A DNA stretch of 64,000 nt, from assembly GCA_050015275.1 (NCBI GenBank), contig JBEKBS010000009.1:719-64718 (forward strand), read 5' to 3'. A program made the translations under genes and the position numbers. The notes under the pieces are model-generated. The model was given only the letters and a program-made list of their open reading frames with translations. It searched no databases and was not told the origin of the DNA. This DNA comes from Candidatus Aminicenantales bacterium. Lineage in GTDB: Bacteria > Acidobacteriota > Aminicenantia > Aminicenantales > Saccharicenantaceae. Below, piece by piece: positions 60,912 through 64,000 of the stretch (position 1 is its first letter; each line of letters opens with the position of its first letter).

Positions 60912-63029
60912 ATGAACCGCTCTGTCAGGAATTCCGTTTTTATCGCCCTCGTCCTGTTTTTGTCCGCAGGCGTCCCGTCACTCGCGGCCGCACCGCCCGA
61001 CCTCGCCGGTCACTGGGACGGGGCGATCGTCCTGCCGGCCATGAAGGTTGAGTTCAACCTCAACTTCATGAAGCAGGCGGACGGTTCCTGGAAAGGGGAC
61101 ATCTCGATCCCGATCCAGAACATCAAGAATATGCCTTTGTCCGATATCAAAGCCGACGGGGCGAAAATCTCCTTCGCCATGCCCGGGATCCCGGGGAACC
61201 CGGCCTTCGCCGGCACGCTGAACGCGGACGGGAACAAGCTCGCCGGGGATTTCACCCAGGGAGGGCAGAAATTCACGTTCGAGATCGCCCGGGGCGCTGA
61301 CCCCGCGGCCAAGGCCAAAAAGGCCCTGGAAGGCTTCGACGATGTGGTGACCCAGGGCCTGGCCAAGATCAACGTCCCCGGCGCGGCCGTCGCCGTCGTC
61401 AAGGACAACGAGGTCATTTTCGCCAAGGGGTTCGGCTACAAAGACCTCGAAAAGAAACTCCCCATGACCCCCGACACCCTCATGGCCATCGGATCATCCT
61501 CCAAAGCCTTCACGACCTTCGCCCTGGGCACCCTCGTCGACCAGGGTAAAGTCGAATGGGATAAGCCGCTCCACAATTACATCCCCTGGTTCCGGCTCTA
61601 TGACCCCCAGGCCGGCGAGCGCCTGACGCCCCGCGACCTGGTCACTCATCGCTCCGGGCTGCCCCGCCACGACCTCGTCTGGTACAACAATTTTACATCG
61701 ACCCGCGAGCAGCTCGTCCGCAGCCTGGCGTTCCTCCCTCCGAGCGCAGATCTCCGCGAGCGCTGGCAATACAACAACCTCATGTTCCTCACGGCCGGCT
61801 ACCTGGTCGAGGTCCTGACGGGGAAGCCCTGGGAGGATTCGATCCGGACGCTGGTCTTCAATCCCCTGGGGATGACCCGGAGCAACTTCTCCGTCGTTGA
61901 TTCGCAAAAGGACAGCGATTTCGCCCTGCCTTACACCGAGCGCGACGGCAAGCTCGTCAAGATCCCCTTCCGCAACATCACCAACATCGGCCCGGCCGGG
62001 GCCATCAATTCAAGTGTCAACGAGATGGCCCATTGGGTCATGGTCCATATCAACAATGGGAAATATAGGGACGCGCAGGTCATTAATCCCGTCACCCTCA
62101 ACGACATGCACTCGGCCTACATGCCCACGGGGGCGACCTCGACCCGCCCGGACATCTCCCCGGCGGATTACGGTCTCGGCTGGTTCATCGACACCTACCG
62201 CGGGCACCAGCGGGTCGAGCACGGCGGGAATATCGACGGCTTCTCGGCCTTGGTCTGCCTTTTCCCGAAGGACGGGCTCGGCTTTGTCGTCCTGACCAAC
62301 AAGAACGGCACGCCCTTCCCCGGCCTCGTCGTCCAGACCGCCGCTGACCGCATCTTCGGTCTCGAGGCCGTTGACTGGATCGGTGAAGCGGCCAAGAACC
62401 AGACCGAGGGCAATGAGGCCCAGAAAACGGCCGAGCAGAAGAAAGCGGCCCGCCGCCGCCCCGGGACGACGCCCTCCCACAAACTCGAAGAATATGCCGG
62501 CGACTACTGGCATCCCGGGTACGGCGCCCTCGAGGTCGAGCTCAAGGAAGGCCGTCTCCGCTTCACTTATAACGCGATCACCACGCCCCTCGAGCATTGG
62601 CATTTCGACACCTTCAACGGCCTGAAGACCGACGATCCCACCTTCCAGGATATGAAGCTGACCTTCCGGACCGACGTCAACGGAAACGTGGCGGCCTTGG
62701 CGGTGCCCTTCGAGCCGACCCTGGACGAGATCGTTTTCACGAAGAAGCCGGAAGCGAAGCTCTCCGACTCCGCTTACCTCAAGAACGTCGTCGGGACTTA
62801 CCAGCTCATGCGCCAGACCATCACGGTTGGCTTGAGAGGCGCCAGCCTAACGCTCGTCCTTCCCGGCCAGCCCGTCTATGACCTCGTGCCCGAGCTCGGC
62901 GGCGAGTACTCTCTGAAGCAAGCCAAGGTCGTGAGCTTGAGGTTCATCGAGGACGCCAAGGGACTTGTGACGGGCTTGGAGATCAACCAGCCCGGCGGCG
63001 TCTTCGAGGCGAAACGGGTCAATAAGTGA
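60912..63029 (+). CDS. Beta-lactamase-family serine hydrolase (class C/PBP-like fold) with an N-terminal beta-rich domain and a C-terminal DUF3471-like domain
   Basis: A signal peptide is present. The catalytic SxxK is in GSSSKAFT, YxN is YNN and the KTG-like motif is HGGN. The product is 705 aa. Confidence 0.85.
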   Translation: MNRSVRNSVFIALVLFLSAGVPSLAAAPPDLAGHWDGAIVLPAMKVEFNLNFMKQADGSWKGDISIPIQNIKNMPLSDIKADGAKISFAMPGIPGNPAFAGTLNADGNKLAGDFTQGGQKFTFEIARGADPAAKAKKALEGFDDVVTQGLAKINVPGAAVAVVKDNEVIFAKGFGYKDLEKKLPMTPDTLMAIGSSSKAFTTFALGTLVDQGKVEWDKPLHNYIPWFRLYDPQAGERLTPRDLVTHRSGLPRHDLVWYNNFTSTREQLVRSLAFLPPSADLRERWQYNNLMFLTAGYLVEVLTGKPWEDSIRTLVFNPLGMTRSNFSVVDSQKDSDFALPYTERDGKLVKIPFRNITNIGPAGAINSSVNEMAHWVMVHINNGKYRDAQVINPVTLNDMHSAYMPTGATSTRPDISPADYGLGWFIDTYRGHQRVEHGGNIDGFSALVCLFPKDGLGFVVLTNKNGTPFPGLVVQTAADRIFGLEAVDWIGEAAKNQTEGNEAQKTAEQKKAARRRPGTTPSHKLEEYAGDYWHPGYGALEVELKEGRLRFTYNAITTPLEHWHFDTFNGLKTDDPTFQDMKLTFRTDVNGNVAALAVPFEPTLDEIVFTKKPEAKLSDSAYLKNVVGTYQLMRQTITVGLRGASLTLVLPGQPVYDLVPELGGEYSLKQAKVVSLRFIEDAKGLVTGLEINQPGGVFEAKRVNK

Positions 63030-63036
63030 TTTCCTC

Positions 63037-63130
63037 ATTTCCCCATTCGGTGACACACAACTCATTACCGAAATAGAGTTCGGCAGAGCCCTCCGAATAA
63101 TTTAGCGCATTGCGTTGTGCGTCAGCGACG
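63037..63130. repeat. Copy 2 of the roughly 95-bp repeat element (TTCGGTGACACACAACTCATTACCGAAAT...GTTGTGCGTCAGCGACG)
   Basis: It lies between convergent gene ends (beta-lactamase-family gene and HXXEE gene), so it is not a promoter element. Its distal arm has diverged. Confidence 0.5.
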
Positions 63131-63138
63131 TTCTCAGT

Positions 63139-63531
63139 TTAAGAAACGGCCGGGCCTCTGCGCCCAGGCATTTCTTTTCTGAGGTGGCGAATGAGCGGCC
63201 AGGCGACAACGAGCATGACAAGCCCGCTGAATCCGCCGGCATAGCCATCGAAATAACGGCCGGTCACGATCGTGGCGACGTTGTGACCGAGTCCCTGGAG
63301 TCCCATGAATCCGGCGTAGAGGAAGCCGAGCCAATACGCCCAGCGTTTTCGCTTGAGGATAAAGTACAAAAAAGCCACCGGGATCAGAAAGAGGATCCCG
63401 TTGATCGCGAGGAACCCGGTCAGCCCGATTCTCTGGAGAATCCAGAATCTTCCCCAGATCTCCTCGAAGACGTGGGCGATATGGGCCAGGAGCATCAGAA
63501 GATAAAAGAGAACGGCCCGGCTTTTCATCAC
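63139..63531 (-). CDS. HXXEE-domain membrane protein
   Basis: An HIAHVFEE motif sits in an N-terminal TM helix, with four predicted TM segments. The HXXEE-domain family is recalled from memory. Confidence 0.55.
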   Translation of the reverse strand: MMKSRAVLFYLLMLLAHIAHVFEEIWGRFWILQRIGLTGFLAINGILFLIPVAFLYFILKRKRWAYWLGFLYAGFMGLQGLGHNVATIVTGRYFDGYAGGFSGLVMLVVAWPLIRHLRKEMPGRRGPAVS

Positions 63532-63664
63532 CGAATATCCTGGACTCGGGTGAATCGAATGTCAAGGCCGGGCGCGTGAGGCTTGGCTGCGCGTTGACTT
63601 TGCCCCTTGTGCTGTCATATAAAGCAAGACAATGCCCGGATCAGCCGACTCAAAAGGTGATAGC

Positions 63665-64000
63665 ATGGACGACAAAGAACCGGTCAACGGCCTCCAGCGC
63701 AAGCTCGGTCTCTTCCCGCTGACCAACATCGTCATCGCCAACATGGTCGGCGCCGGCATCTTCACGACCTCCGGCCTCCTGATGAAGGACCTCCACAGCG
63801 CCTTGGTCATGCTCGCCCTGTGGGCCGTCGGCGGCCTCATCGCCCTCTGCGGCGCCCTGAGCTACGGCGAGCTCGGCGCGGCCATCCCGCGCGCGGGCGG
63901 CGAGTACGCCTTCCTCTCGCGGCTCTTCCATCCGGTCTTGGGTTTTCTCGCCGGCTGGGTGTCGTTTTTCGTCGGCTTCTCCGCGCCCATCGCCGCCTCG
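63665..64000 (+). CDS. Amino acid/polyamine (APC superfamily) permease, 5' partial that runs off the window end
   Basis: It is not in the ORF track because no stop is reached. ATG 63665 gives MDDKEPVNGLQRKLGLFPLTNIVIANMVGAGIFTTSGLLMKD..., a classic APC N-terminal GxG(I/V)F motif. Confidence 0.7.
   Translation, partial: MDDKEPVNGLQRKLGLFPLTNIVIANMVGAGIFTTSGLLMKDLHSALVMLALWAVGGLIALCGALSYGELGAAIPRAGGEYAFLSRLFHPVLGFLAGWVSFFVGFSAPIAAS

Noticed and set aside
1-64000. Toxin-antitoxin, restriction-modification, transposase/IS, integrase or other defence or mobile-element genes
   Set aside because: I looked for small paired ORFs, DDE/HNH/recombinase motifs and tRNA-adjacent integrases and found none. 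The only repeat candidates are the 95-bp elements reported above.

Overview
This 64 kb window is a high-GC (about 65%) bacterial chromosomal segment; codon usage, TTG/GTG starts and outer-membrane proteins ending in Phe suggest an Acidobacteria-like soil organism, though this is an inference. It is dominated by a carbohydrate-active-enzyme (CAZyme) neighbourhood aimed at fucosylated, rhamnosylated and xylan-type glycans. The locus holds a GH95 fucosidase co-oriented with Zn- and Fe-dependent alcohol dehydrogenases and an uncharacterized LamG-domain protein. A sugar ABC importer is translationally coupled to a second, divergent GH95-like enzyme. Other glycan genes include two DUF4185-like beta-propeller paralogs, a short-form GH78-like rhamnosidase with a discoidin/CBM32 domain and a right-handed beta-helix protein. 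There is a frameshifted GH39+CBM32 gene, a GH10 xylanase, a GH63-like hydrolase and a low-GC GH29 fucosidase. A 1607-aa single-chain protein fuses a GH43-like beta-propeller, an alpha-helical module, a clan GH-A TIM barrel and a GH27 alpha-galactosidase domain. Beyond the glycan genes the window carries two tandem SDR oxidoreductases followed by gcvPA-gcvPB, a class II FBA, an ABC-2 exporter pair and an OM beta-barrel. A peptide-utilisation operon follows on the minus strand: POT transporter, M24 dipeptidase, unknown membrane protein, DUF4185 paralog and retropepsin-PDZ protease. The far end of the window holds an orphan RhaT rhamnose symporter, a potABCD-type polyamine importer and a beta-lactamase-family serine hydrolase flanked by two copies of a roughly 95-bp repeat. 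No CRISPR arrays, rRNAs, transposases or classical defence/TA modules were recognised. Several long antisense ORFs in the track are high-GC artefacts. All family calls come from motif recognition by eye, with no database search.
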